NCBI GenBank assembly: GCA_951406725.2
Contig: OX597819.1
Coordinates: forward strand, 71,238,001-71,302,000
Direction of reading: 5' to 3'
DNA: 64,000 nt
Origin: Octopus vulgaris
Taxonomy: Eukaryota
Position numbers and translations under genes: made by a program. The notes under the pieces are model-generated. The model was not told the DNA's origin. It was given only the letters and a program-made list of their open reading frames with translations, and made no database searches. Below, piece by piece: positions 43,739 through 58,204 of the stretch; the first letter of the stretch is position 1; each line of letters starts with the position of its first letter.

Positions 43739-43826
43739 TAGTATATATAGTAGTATATATAAAAGTAGTATATATATATATATAAAAGTAGTATATACAT
43801 ATACATACATATATACACATACATAT

Positions 43827-43859
<33 letters not shown>

Positions 43860-44493
43860 ATTTAAAAATAGGATAAAATCTTTATAAGAAATTATCAAGT
43901 AGTTATCGTGAAAAACCTCGTAAGGGAAAAATTTATTAATCATTTATTAATTTGTTAATTATTCACTTTAAATATATTTTTTTTTATATTAAGGGCATAA
44001 AAGATATATATGTGTGTGTGTATGTGAATCTACATAATATATATGTACTTTTATGTATGTATGTATGTATGTATGTATGTGTGTATGTATGTATGTATGT
44101 ATGTATGTATGTATGTATGTATGTATGTATGCATGCATGCATGCATGTATGTATGTATGTATGTATGTATGTATGTATGTATGTATGTATGTATGTATGT
44201 ATGTATGTATGTCTGTCTGTATGTACGGTTAGGCAGCTTTTTAATCGCTACAAATGTTTCAATACGTACAGATCCTTCTATATACAAGATTTAAAGTTAA
44301 GTTTAAATTAAATTACTTCATGATTTACCTATTAAAGAAGATCTATATGTATCTCCTCTGGCGATACTCAGTTGCTGTCTCCGTATTGACTTCAAAAGGA
44401 TTTAGTAAATCCTATCAGGTGGTGCTATTAAGTTAGACATGGCCTGGACCAGTCTTTGGTCGAAACATAGCTAAGCTATCTCATTTAAACAAA

Positions 44494-44494
<1 letters not shown>
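42724..44494. repeat. Long inverted repeat (arms about 42724-43188 and 43900-44494); third partial copy at 45340-45502
   Basis: Near-identical translated ORFs on opposite strands (42782-42964 minus, 44254-44436 plus) and direct reading of the arms. Confidence 0.9.
43485..43551 (+). ncRNA. Type-I hammerhead ribozyme, well preserved
   Basis: ccta-CTGATGA-a-gact..tcagtaaa/tttactga..agtc-a-GAAA-ccatgg-TC-tagg. GUC cleavage triplet; palindromic stem III ACCATGGT. Confidence 0.8.
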
Positions 44495-44565
<71 letters not shown>

Positions 44566-44568
<3 letters not shown>

Positions 44569-44897
44569 GTGTGAAAGGAAGAAATGGAGCTGAACGAAGA
44601 TTCTACAAAATTCCTTTTTATTATTTTCTACACATGTTTCAAAGGCTGCAAATTTCCAAATTCGGATTGAATAAGGAGATTCATACCATGGGCTCCTAGG
44701 GAGCGTTTTGTTCGAAAAGCTTGCTGCGCATTTGTTTGGAGATTTAAATTCCTGGATTTTCCTGAAGAGAAAGCTGCAAAATGGTCTCCTTATTCAATCC
44801 GAATTTGGAAATTTGCAGCCTTTGAAACATGTGTAGAAAATAATAAAAAAGAATTTTGTAGAATCTTCGTTCAGCTCCATTTCTTCCCTTCACTAAA
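44566..44897. mobile_element. Fold-back pLTR-like unit after (TA)n
   Basis: Inverted arms of about 113 bp, 44566-44679 / 44785-44897. Confidence 0.8.
44757..44840 (+). ncRNA. Type-I hammerhead with extended stem II
   Basis: ttttc-CTGAAGA-g-aaagctgcaaa...tttgcagccttt-GAAA-catgtg-TA-gaaaa. Confidence 0.65.
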
Positions 44898-45054
44898 TAT
44901 ATAAAACTTCAATTATCCGCGCTAAGGCACGGTTGCGACACCCCATGGTCGTAACCTCAACCGTGTTTTTTCTGTTGTGATTTTTGCTACCCAGGTATCG
45001 GTTAAATTTTGAATAATCCGTAACAAGATAATTCATTTATCCATTTCAATAAAC

Positions 45055-45090
<36 letters not shown>

Positions 45091-45206
45091 GTATATATAT
45101 ATGTATATATATATATATGTATATATATATATGTATGTATGTATGTGTGTATGTATATATATATATACATATATATATACATAGACATACATATATATAT
45201 ACACAC

Positions 45207-45237
<31 letters not shown>

Positions 45238-45651
45238 TATATATACATATATATATAGTGGATGTGTGTTCTTTTGAGAACGCATAAGTGTACAAATAGA
45301 AGAAGCCATGGATGTTGTAGCATGGAAATCTAAATTTGCTTACGGAGACAGCAACTGAGTATCGCCTGAGGAGATACATATAGATCTTCTTTAATAGGTA
45401 AATCATGAAATGATTTAATTTAAACTTAACTTTAAATCTTGTATATAGGAGGGTCTGTATGTATTGAAACATTTGTAGTGATTAAAAAGCTGCCTAACCG
45501 TACTTTCTCTTCCTTTTGGCTCTTTTACTTTTTACTCTTTACTTTTTACATTATTTATTGACGCGCCCTTTTCAAGCCTAGCCAGGCTCAAGGGCCGTGT
45601 TTTCCGGTTTCTGTGGCGTATGTGTCCACCCTCTCAGCTGGACGGGATGCC

Positions 45652-45742
<91 letters not shown>

Positions 45743-45899
45743 GTATATTTGCCACTTAAATGTGGCAAACCACTAAGGGTGGATACTACTGTAGCTTTAG
45801 CCCCAGGAGAACATCTCCAGCTGGCTATTGACACACTTTCTGTGCCCTATCAGTATTTGCAAAGGGAAGCCATTCTTCCCATCGCCGACCTGACGTGAT

Positions 45900-46192
45900 A
45901 CGCATGGACCATCATATTCGTATTGCCCCATCTGATTATCATTTATTCCGCATTCTTCAAAATCATTTGGACAGGAAAAATATGAATTCTCTAGACGAGG
46001 TCACAAAAGTACTTTTCGTTACGGACAAGCGAATTTTGGAATAGGGACCTAAAAAGATAACAAGACAGATGGAAGGGCATTGTAGAAAATGAAGGAGAGT
46101 ATATTTTAGATTAAAAAAGAAATTTGTTTATCTTAATTTTGAAAAATAAAAGAAGTATAAAAGACCGCATTATTTATGGGATGACCCCCATA
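45900..46192 (+). pseudogene. mariner transposase 3' remnant with right TIR
   Basis: IAPSDYHLFRILQNHL ... RWKGIVENEGEYILD*, then cgcattatttatgggatgacc..ta. Confidence 0.8.
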
Positions 46193-46500
46193 TGTGTGTG
46201 TATATATATATATCAAAAGGATGTGTTATAATACTATTCCACAGACATACCAACATTCCAACATATCTCCATCATCAGCTGCCCCACGGATATCATTATG
46301 GTTTCGACACCATGTGTATACCTGTGTGCATGTATATGTATGTGTGTGCGTGCGGGTGTGTGTGTATGTGTGTGTGTGTGTTTAGGAAAGAAGATTTAAA
46401 ACTTTATTGCAAGTTTTAATAATTTAAAATTCATTCTCAAATTCCACGCCCCACCAAGTTATTGCCTTACACCGAATATGTATACGTAGACTTACTTGCA

Positions 46501-46590
<90 letters not shown>

Positions 46591-46673
46591 ACTATCTACC
46601 TATCTATCTATCTATCTCTTTATCTATTTATCTATCTATCCAACTATCTATCCCTCATTCTCTCTCCCCCCTG

Positions 46674-46711
<38 letters not shown>

Positions 46712-47318
46712 ATGTTTGTGTGTGTATGTGTATTTGTGCGTGTGCTTCCGCATGCGTATCTGTGTATGTAGGCAGCTTAAAAATCTTATAGACAGCTGAC
46801 GTAAATCCTTTACTAAAATATCAAGAGATACAGAATTCTTTGAAAATGTCAACTCGCAGAAGCTACAATGGAACCAGTTATCTTGCCGCAACAGACTGAG
46901 ATTAAACCACAGATAGTAAATACCCAAGAGTAATCATTTTTTTACTCTGTTTCCATTAATACAGACAGCAATTAGTTATGTGAATATATCTCCAGAGAGA
47001 CAGAGCCACATGTTCACACGCTAATCGATATGCGACGTATGACTTTCCGTGATTAAAATTAAAGAGAGCTGATCTTTGCTCTTACAGGCATTTAGTTTAG
47101 TCGCTAATAGTATCTGTTTATATTTGTTAATGTTGTTTGCTGCTAAGAAGAACGACGTATTTGCAACATAACTTCTTGAAGTTTATTTAAAAACCATCAT
47201 ATCTCGATTAATGCATGTGCATGGCTGTGTAATTATTGTGAAGATAGAGGTGACTATTGTGGTAGTTGTTAACACTGCTCCCGGAACACGCTTTTTCACA
47301 ATTGTTTGTATATGTATA

Positions 47319-47705
47319 TACAGAGTGCGGGGAATTAACTGTCGTCTAAATTAAGCAAAAATGAAAATAATACTGACATCTCAATTTAATAGATATATTT
47401 ACAAAACTTACATAAAAATATCTTTAAATATTAAAGAGTAAACTTTTTCAATAAAATCGCCATTGGCTTAAATTACGGCCTCCCGACGTTTCGGGAATCT
47501 CCTGCTACTCATCTGGACAGTTCCTTTGTTTAAGTTGGTGAATGCTGTCATAATCCTTGCCTTCAGTCCATCTTTGGTGTTACAAGGTGTTTTGTTGGTC
47601 TCTCAGTCAACTGCGCCCCACACATGATAATCAAGGGGGTTGCAGTCTGGGGAGTTAGGTGGCCAGATGTGAGGGGTGAAGCTGTCTGACAGCCATAACT
47701 GCTTG
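47319..47705 (-). pseudogene. Tc1/mariner-superfamily transposase 3' remnant (maT-like) with terminus
   Basis: WPPNSPDCNPLDYHVWGAV; terminus ta-cagagtgcgg at 47319. Confidence 0.75.
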
Positions 47706-48100
47706 TGCGGCATGGGCAGAGTACTGCTGCCAGACATAGGGTCTTCCAGCACCACCGCTTGACAACCGATGTTGACGCTTGCATGTCCCCGTAATTTGGC
47801 GGTTCGGCAAAAGAGACCGATAGAATAAGTACTAGGCTTACAAAAATTAAGTGGTGAGACCAGGCCCAGGCCATAATAGAAGGCACTCACCCAAAGTAGT
47901 ACGCAGTTTGACTAAATCTGGAACCACGTTCTTGGGAAGCAAACCGCATAGAATGGTTCCGTTTTGACTTGGCATTGTTTTGTAAGTGTAGTCACCTGAA
48001 GATTTTTATCTTATTTGTAAAAAAGTATTTGGTAACAACTGCGTGCGAGCAAATTTTAGCATGCATGGATGCATGTATGTATGTATGTGTGTATACACAG

Positions 48101-48154
<54 letters not shown>

Positions 48155-48160
<6 letters not shown>

Positions 48161-48703
48161 CATGATAGAGAGCCCCAACCCGTCATGTTGCCAATAATTC
48201 ACGAGAAAAATATTTCATGAAAATATAATTTGCTAAGATATCATTGACTCTATTATTATCTAGTGCAACAATTTAAAAATGATAACAGAATCAATAATAT
48301 AGGTGATTGCAGGCTCCCAAAGAGAATTAAATAGCGCAAAACGAATCAGTTGTAGCGCAGACCTCAGCACAACGGGTTGGGGCTCTCTATCATGGTAACA
48401 CGTGCTGAGGAAGATGTGACTATTATGCCTGTTCAGAAACCAATCCACGTGATTCCAAATACTTGAATGTATGCTGAGAGATTGTCTTTGCCCGTTTGCC
48501 TTCGGACTGTTGATTTCTGTAGTTAATATCAGTGTATTTTGGTGATTATATAAGAGGTAGGTAGACACATATTTAGTTTTAATCCTTCAGCTATTTAATG
48601 CTTTATGGGGGCCTGAAATCACCTATATTATTTATTCTGTTACTACCAATTTTAAATTGTTGCACTAAATAATAATGGAGTCAATGATATCTTCGCAAAT
48701 TAT
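48155..48703. mobile_element. Inverted pLTR-like unit with hammerhead
   Basis: 48160-48183 is inverted at 48373-48395; 48229-48324 is inverted at 48601-48701. Confidence 0.65.
48399..48451 (+). ncRNA. Decayed type-I hammerhead
   Basis: cacgtg-CTGAGGA-...-GAAA-ccaa-TC-cacgtg. The 6-bp stem I is intact; stems II and III are eroded. Confidence 0.55.
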
Positions 48704-49588
48704 GCATATATGCGTACAGGATACCAAAAAACGTAGAGCACAATGAGAAACGAAAACATAAAAACAAAAACATGGAAACGGACTTTTTTCAAACAACGGA
48801 AAAACAGAGTACAAGACATACAACACAAGGAATATTCCCCTTCTTCAGTTGCCCCTGTTTCGACTACTCTGTGTTTCGAAGGTAAGGGCAAGACACGACT
48901 TCATTGAAGCAAATTAAATAAAATTTGGGATTTTTTGCGGAGGGGTAAAAGTGGTAACAAGAACAGGACAGGCAAAGAGTGTTGATCAAAGAGCTGCCTT
49001 CCAAGTTTTATGATGTTATCAGCCTCATGTATGCAAACTTGGTCAAGGGATGCACTTCGACATATGGTGGTTAAAAGATGCTGCCTAGGGGATATAATGA
49101 TATGTATGTACGTATGTATGTATGTATGTATGTATATATGTATTATGTATGTATTATGTACGTTGATTATTTCAACGATTTTAACCTGCTTAAATAAATG
49201 TAAACCCATAATTTTAAACCGGTTTCATATGTGCCACGGCACGAACTCTCGGCCATTGAGTCATTCTGTAACTTCTGCCAATACATACATACATACATAC
49301 ATACATACATACATACATACATACATACATACATACATACATACATACATGCATACATACATACATACATTCATTCATACATACATACATACATACATAC
49401 ATGCATACATACATACATATATACATACATGCATACATGCATACATACATACATGCATACATACATACATACATACATACATTCATTCATACATACATAT
49501 ATACATGCATACATACATACATACATACATGCATGAATACATACATGTGTGTGTGCATGTAGCAATACTCGCACATGTTCTCACACGC

Positions 49589-49724
<136 letters not shown>

Positions 49725-50317
49725 GTCTGTCTGTCTGTCTGTCTATCTATACACATGCACATATATACTTACATACACACATACGTACATTGATACATAC
49801 GTACATACATACATAGGTACATTTTTCATGCATATACACACGTATTTCTGCATGCGTGTGTTTGTGTGCGTGTGTGCGTGCGTGTGTGTGTTTGTGAGTG
49901 TGTGTGTATGTGTGCATGTGTGTATGATTGTGTGTATATGTGTGTGTCTATGTGTATCTGTGTGTGTGTGTGTTTGGGCTACATGGGTATACACTTACGT
50001 AAATAAAGAAACGAAGAAGCGAACAAATAAAGAGACAGACAGAGCAATGTCGCAGAATGGAACATCTACAGAACGAGTATTCGGTTGTTATAGCAACGCT
50101 GTTAAGTGGCAGCGATTTTCTGAGAGTCATTATGACATTGTTCTTTCCCATATTCTACAAATCAGGGGTATTTTCTATGCATTTCGAGATATTGTTACGC
50201 GCAATATATTCTCTAAGTGGACTTCTTCACTTTGAATTGATTCAGACTCTATTAGGTCGTTCTACACACACATACACACACACACACATACACACACACA
50301 CATACACACACGCAACA

Positions 50318-50348
<31 letters not shown>

Positions 50349-50619
50349 TGACGCACTCAAATATATTCACATACCCACATTCATATGTATATTTATACAT
50401 GTATCAATGCATATATCTTTGTATGTATATATTTATGGATGCACACGCACACACACACACATACACCCTCACACACGCACACACTCGCATAAAAAGACAC
50501 ACACATATATGCACGTACCCACATTTATACATATATTTATACATGTACATATATTTGTGTTTGTATTTATGGATGCATACACACACACACATATATATAG
50601 ACATACACATATTAATGTA

Positions 50620-51040
50620 TCGGCTTTAAATTTTGGCACAAGGCCAGCAATTTTGTTGGAGATCGAAATTGATTATATCGAACCTAGTGTTCAATTGGTA
50701 CTTATTTTAATGAACTAGAAAGTCGACCACGGTGGAATTTGAACTCAGAACGTAAAAACCTTGCCCGGCGAGCTAACGACTCTGTCAACTCACTGACTTA
50801 ACAGATATTGTTATACTAATAACTATTAATGCGGTGAGCTTGCAGAATCGTTAGCACGCCAGGCGAAATGCTTGGCTGTATTTCGTCTGCCTCTACGTTT
50901 CGAGTTCAAATTCCGCTGAGGCTGACTTTAGATTTCATCCTTTCGGAGACGATAAATTAAGTACCAGTGAAGTACTGGGGTTGATGTAATCGACCGTCCC
51001 ACTCCCCACAAAATCTAGGCCGTGTGCATATGATAAATCG
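50620..51040. mobile_element. Two family B SINEs head to head
   Basis: Minus copy about 50620-50795; plus copy about 50830-51040. Confidence 0.75.
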
Positions 51041-51069
51041 AAGGATTATAACAATTCGAATCAGTTCCA

Positions 51070-51117
51070 TATGATAAAATTTCGTGGGCTCTTAGGAAGA
51101 ACTCCTCTCATCAGATA
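51070..51117 (-). ncRNA. Decayed hammerhead-like motif
   Basis: Minus strand: tat-CTGATGA-gaggagttctt(cct)aagagcccac-GAAA-tttta-TC-ata. Confidence 0.45.
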
Positions 51118-51815
51118 GCTACGCACATGTCTACATCTATGAATGTATATGTGTATATACCATATATGTTTGCATGTAACTAAATGCACATACACACACA
51201 CACACACATATTAATTCGCACATCCTACTTAACTTCGACGTGTTGTTTCGGACGCCATAAACCGCGGTAAATGGTTTGAAGAGTCATCCCGTACACACGC
51301 TAGGTGCTATAAAAGAGTACTGATTATACAAGTCGACGGAATTTCGTCATTACCGGCAGAGGGCACTCGTGTACTACGGGATTTCAGCGTAAATGGCAAA
51401 TCATCACCAACGAACACCCAAATACCGAAAGCCAGATCAAAATTGACTCATACAGATAAAGCTTGGCATTGACTAAACATTCGTTGATGTCGCCAAAAGC
51501 TGACTGGCAACTTTCTAGCTTTTTTTATTTGCAGTGAAAATACAATTGTACTATATAATTCCGAGCATATATATTAAAGTAAGCATGTAAGAATAATTTC
51601 TTCCACGCTGAACATAAAACTACATGAAGAAGGTTGAGAAACGGCCGTAAGCCAAAGGCTGTCACGTGGTTAGATGAATATATATTCACCTTTTATACCG
51701 CCTGACTTTTATGGTTTGTATACTCCTCATAACCAAATTTAATCGATTCGATTTCAGCTACAGGAACACACATCATCACATTTCTCTGTATTGGATGAGT
51801 GTTAGAAAGCCGATG

Positions 51816-51849
<34 letters not shown>

Positions 51850-53117
51850 CACGCACACACACACACACGCACACACACACGCGCACACACACGCACACAC
51901 ACACACACACATATATGTATATATATATATGCCTACACGTATATTAACGATTTTGTTTCAAGTTATATGGAAACACGTTATTCAATGCATTTTAGTAGAG
52001 TACATGGTTAGTAAAATTTTTCAAGGAAAAGGTTGACAATGACCTCGAAGTTTTGGTTTGCTAGCTTTCATCAAACTTTGCCTTAATTGGGTTCGTTTTG
52101 GTTATATATAGTCTCTGACAAGTTGGCTTTTTTCAGGCGGTGTGTGGTAGTAAGTGGAGCTATGTAAATGATAATTATGCGCGATGTAAGAAGAGGAAAT
52201 AAAGGAGGATAAGAAGAGTGTATTAGTTTATTACATTTGAGTTGACAGAAAGTGGTGGTGAGGAGATTTATTTTGATTTGGTATAGGAATTTGGTCGCTG
52301 TATGCGCGACTGCAACCCCCCAAGTAGTCCTCTACAGCAACAGCAGACGCTGCAACTGGCACAATTTCTTAGGACGCAGATCCATGGTCTCTCGAGACCG
52401 ACAGATGCCTACTACTTATAGAAATTTGGTTATTGTTTAAGGTTCAGGGAAGCGTGGAAATAAATGGATATCACAAATTCAAGTTATTACATTTTTTATA
52501 TAGAAAGTTGATTTTTGTTATGTTTTAGGGTTCACAAGGGTTTGGACAACCTGAGGCAATCGTCGAAGATACCTGCCCAAGTTATCACGCATGCGGATTG
52601 AATCTGAAACCATGTGATCGGGAATGCAAACTGCTTACCACACGGCCATGATTGCGATTATATACAAGTTAGTCTGTGTGCCTGTGTTTGACCCCACTCA
52701 CTGCTTGACAACCGGATGTTGGTTTGCTTACGGCCCCATAACGTGTTCGCTGTTCAATAATAGAAACAAGTAATAAGTAAAAGCCGCGTGTGTGTTTGTG
52801 TGTGTGCTCGCGCTCATTAAACCCTATATGATCTTGAAATTCAGTCCCCTGGAAGTCTTAACTCCTCATAGATCTATTCCTCTTCCTTCAGGAATTTTAA
52901 TTTTTAATTTACCAGAATTTCTAGCTAAATATCAGACATGTCGACTTCATGATTCTCTGAAGTTTCCCAGGAGTCACAAATACTACTCCACCTCCTACCC
53001 CCGTGTAAGTAAACACACAACACAAACACACATATACTCACACATATATACGCACACATGTACATATATGTACACATTCGCACCCCTCTCTCTCTCTCAC
53101 ACACACACACGCACGTG

Positions 53118-53148
<31 letters not shown>

Positions 53149-53819
53149 CCATTTCTATAACGTCTATGCTAGTTGTACTAAAAATTGCTTGGTAATATAT
53201 CAGTCATTAAAAGGAGGGAAAATGCAAATGGAGTTTAATAAATAATCACTCATTAAAATTGTATGAAAATAAAATTACGATTTAAATGTTGCATAGACCG
53301 GATGATGTTGCTTTTTGACAACAATTTATATATTTTTAAAAGCCAGTCCAAATGGTACAAGTTTATACGTAATTTTATTAGCGACTGGCTGTACGGAAAG
53401 TAAGAGGTAGACGTAGTAGTGGAGAATGGAGAAAGTGAACGAGAAAGAAAAATATAGACAAACGAAGAGAGAGAGAGAGAGAGAGCTGGGGGAACAAGGC
53501 GGAAGTAGTAAAAAACAAATAGGAAACTAGAATATGCAGATAAATGCTTGTGTTCTTTTTTTTTTATTTTAAATAATTTTTGTGCTTCACACTATCTTCT
53601 TCCACCTACCGCATGTTGCTCCAATGTGCGGATCAATAAAAAACGATTAAAAGAGGTGAAAAGCGTGGAAGAGAAAGAGAGAGAGGGGGGAAGAGAGAAA
53701 GAGAAAACAGAGAGAAACAGAGAGGGAGAGAAAGACAGACAGAAAGAGAGAGAGAGAGAGAGAGAGGGGGCAGAGAGAGAAGGATAGAGTGAGAATAAGC
53801 GAGTGAAGCATCGAAAAGA

Positions 53820-53850
<31 letters not shown>

Positions 53851-53907
53851 GCCTTCTATCTATTTATCTATGTATCTATCTATCATCTATCTACCTATCT
53901 ATTTTTC

Positions 53908-53990
<83 letters not shown>

Positions 53991-54225
53991 GCGTGCGCAT
54001 ATGAGATGAGTGTGCGATCGTATGTACGCATTTTCCTATATAGCTAACAGTTGCAAGTGCGAATATTATGGGTCTGTGGGTGAGGAACGCGTTTGGGGCA
54101 GAGAGAGAGAGAGGTAGATAGAGAGAGGGGAGAGAGGGAGAGGGAGAGAGAGAGGGATAGAGAGTATGATAGAAATTATATGCACATACACAAATGTTTG
54201 ACTGTATGTGTATGTATATACATAA

Positions 54226-54280
<55 letters not shown>

Positions 54281-54684
54281 CACATATATATGTCTACGTG
54301 CGGAGACATATACGATGTGTTCACGTGAGTACACACCGAGAGAAATACAGAGAGCGGCAAGGAAGGGGATGGGGGTAGCGAGAGTGGAGGGAAATAGGGG
54401 GAGAAAATCGATCAATTGTTACACAGACAGAATATTAATAATTGATAGATAGGAGTATATATAAATGTCTATTCGATATATATAAACAGGCATATATCAA
54501 ACGTTATAGCTTTGTAAACACTGGTCGAAAGCTATGTATGTATGTATGTATGTATGTATGTATTATGTAAGTATATATGTATGTATAATATTTAGTGCGT
54601 GTAGGTTCACGCTTGCCTCTATGTCAATGTGTGTGTGCGTGTATTGCGTGCGCATACATATATATATATACATATACATACATG

Positions 54685-54718
<34 letters not shown>

Positions 54719-54738
54719 CATGCATATACGTATCTATG

Positions 54739-54783
<45 letters not shown>

Positions 54784-54940
54784 CTCATGTATATACGTAT
54801 GTATGTATATACACACATGCATATATATAAACATCTATTGATATGTACATAGATATATATACAGTTACGCTAGAAATACATATATACGTACACATGCATG
54901 CCTGCCTGTCTTCTGTCTGTCTGTCAGTCTGTCTGTCTAT

Positions 54941-54971
<31 letters not shown>

Positions 54972-55045
54972 GATATCTCTCTATTTATCTTTCTCTCTCT
55001 ATCTATCTCTCTATCTATTTATCTGTTTATCTATCTATCTATCTA

Positions 55046-55090
<45 letters not shown>

Positions 55091-55186
55091 GTTTGTGTGT
55101 GTGTGTGTGCGAGTGTGCGCTTGCATGTATGCGCGTGTGGATACTTGCATTTCTATGAATGTTTGTCTTTTAGGAAATGGTGAGAG

Positions 55187-55692
55187 AAGTGCAAGAAGTC
55201 GGGAGAGACAGAGAGAGGGGGAGAGGGAGAGAGCGAGTGAGGGCGCTTTAAGTTTTTTCTCTGTCTCTGTCTCTCTCTGTCTGTCTTCCCGTCTCTCCTT
55301 GTCTCTCTCTCTCCGCTCAGTCTCTGTTCCTACCAAGTATAGAGAGTTCCTCTCTATCTCCAGCAAAAGCCAATGGAGAGGAAAGTTGTAAAATAGAGCA
55401 GGCTAAAGGAATGTTCTGAAACCATGATCAGAAACCAGTCATGCTTGGATTAATAAATAAAGTGCAACGAGTGTTCAGTCGATTAGAACAGCTTCCGTTA
55501 TTCTGAGAGGCATTGCACCGATATGGGCTTTAACATTGTGTCTATCCATTAATGTATGTATATATTCGTGTATTTGTAGATGAGTGTGGGTATGTGTATT
55601 GACATGTGTGTACGTACATGTTTGTGCAAGTACGTATGTTTCTATGTGCGTGCGTGTACACACACACATACACATATGTGTATGTACACATA

Positions 55693-55748
<56 letters not shown>

Positions 55749-56534
55749 TATATGCATATATATATATATATATGTGTGTGCATATATATATATGTATGTG
55801 TATATATATATATATGCACGTATATATAAGTATGTATGTATATATAAATATATGTATACATATATTTATGTATATATATATGTATGTGTGCATATATATG
55901 TACATATATGTATATATGTGTATACATATATGTGTGTGTGTGCATATATATAAATATATATATATGTATGTATGTACGCAGTGATTATATACACGCATAC
56001 ATCTATACCTGTCGATATTTATATGTATCTCTGTCTCTTCCTATCCACTCTTTTTCTTTTTCTCTCCATATCTCTGTCGCTCTACGTACAACCAACCCAT
56101 GCCTCACATACAAAAATCCCAACCATACACCAAAGTATGTCTGTGAGGTAATAAGATTGCTTCCCAACCACATGGTTCCGACTTTAGTTTCACTGCGTAG
56201 AAAGTTGAGAAAGTGAGCTGACCAAAACCTTGTGAGTGAATTTGGTAGATGAAAACCGCAAGATGCCCGTCGTATATATACATGTGTGTGTACTTGTGCG
56301 TGTGTTTGTGTGTGCTTGATAACCGTTGTTCGTGTGTTCACGTTCTCATAAACTCACCAACGTAGCGATTCGGAACAACTGAACGATATAGTAAATACCA
56401 GGCTTTCAAGAAAAAAATAGGACTAGGTGTCGAGTGATTCGACTAAATATCCCTAAGGCGGTACCCTAGCATGGCCATAATCTGATTACTAAAGCAAGCT
56501 GAAAGAAGTAAAAAATAAAAGCTATCTATCTATC

Positions 56535-56575
<41 letters not shown>

Positions 56576-56755
56576 AAGTGCAAGAAGGCGGGAGAGACGG
56601 TGAGAGGAGGAGAGGGAGAGAGCGAGTGAGGGCGCTTTAAGTCTTTTCTCTGTTACTGTCTCTCTCTGTCTGTCTGCCCGTCTCTCTGTCTCTCTCTCTC
56701 CGCTCATTCTCTGTTCCTGCAAAGTATAGAGAGTTCCTCTCTATCTCCAGCAAAA
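55187..56755 (+). repeat. Dispersed ~180-bp direct repeat pair (55187-55367 and 56576-56755)
   Basis: aagtgcaagaag...gagggcgctttaag...aagtatagagagttcctctctatctccagcaaaa in both copies. Confidence 0.85.
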
Positions 56756-57037
56756 ACCATATATGCATTCATATATGTATATAATATATATATATGTGTA
56801 TATATATGAATTGAAGCATTTTTCAATTCTAATTCTCTCAAAGAGAGATACTCAGTAACAGCTCTTTAAAGTAAAGACTATTTGCCAACGTTATGTGGGT
56901 GTTTTTCAAGGGTTGATTGTCACTGTTGTTTAGCTCCAGAAAACATCGTTCCCAGCTGGCTATACGACACAAAATCTAAGTCTTTATATTTCTATATAAG
57001 GAATCCAGTCCCCACCTCATCTAACACAAAGCGACAG

Positions 57038-57078
57038 CTGTGGACCGGTTTCTGGGTTACTGCTCTTTATCAACACAG
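57038..57078 (-). ncRNA. Decayed type-I hammerhead
   Basis: Minus strand: ctgtg-ttgataa(core mutated)-agagcagtaaccca-GAAA-ccgg-TC-cacag. Confidence 0.5.
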
Positions 57079-57399
57079 AGTAACTGCTCGGCTAAGTAAC
57101 GCTTCTGAATTCCCGTTCGAAAATATACAGTTTTCAAAGTGACACACAATAACTGATGTAATAAATAGAAGCATTATCATTGCTACGTACACACATACGT
57201 ATATACTCGCACACACATGTCAATACATATCTATATAGCCGAAATTGCAAAAATAATCTGGAACTCGACCGAGGATAGAAAACTCCTAATGATCCGTCCT
57301 TGTTTTCCTTGTATCGTCTGTCTGGATATTTTGTTGTCTCTTTTTTGTTTCACCTGTTGATGATTTGCGTTCTTGTCCCATTTTTGTATTTCAGAGATT

Positions 57400-58138
57400 T
57401 TTATGGACCAAGTTCTGGAAATTAATCGTGAAAAAATATGGCTCCGCACAAATGGTGAAATTGATCAAAATCAGGCGTCAATTATTCAAACCCAGAGAGC
57501 ATATCATTGGCATTTTCATGTGAGAGATTCCCCAAGTGAAAACACAATTAGAAACTTAATTCGTCGTTTTGAAAAACAAGGGGCTGAAAATTATCTACCA
57601 TGATCAGGGAACACTCACACTATCAGAACCGATGAGGCAAGGTAGCAAGTGCGAGAGAGTACTGAATAGAATCCGGGCACATCGACTCGCATGCTATCCA
57701 GACAGCATAGGATTTCACAAACTTCGCTGCAAAGAGTTCTCAGTAGCCTTAGCCTTTTACATGCACGGTACAGTTAGTTCAGCAGTTCAAGTGCCAGGAC
57801 TATGAACACAGGCTCCAATACGCTGTCAGACTCCAGGAATTGGTACGAAATGACCAAAATTTTACACAAACATTGATCATGTCTGATGAATCTCACTTTC
57901 ATTTGAAAGGGTCCGTCATGACAAAATTGTCGGTTTGGGGACTCTGAGAACCCAAGATCACTATACAAGTGTGAAGTTGAAAATGGACGCCATTTAAAAG
58001 ATATCGTTTTTCATACGTAACGCAGCAGTTTAATGAAAAAGGAATAAGGCAAATTAATCTCCATTATCGCCTCTATATTGAATTAAAATTTCATACTCTT
58101 ATTTGTAAAAACACGGGAGTTATTGAAGGCCACCCAGT
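57400..58138 (+). pseudogene. Internally deleted Tc1/mariner-superfamily transposase (rosa-like)
   Basis: SIIQTQRAY..HF...PSENTIRNLIRRFEKQG (N-terminal HTH-like), IMSDESHFHLKG, NCRFGDSENP, ENGRHLKDIVFHT*, terminus ggccacccag. Confidence 0.7.
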
Positions 58139-58155
58139 GTGTATGAGTGTGTGTG

Positions 58156-58204
<49 letters not shown>

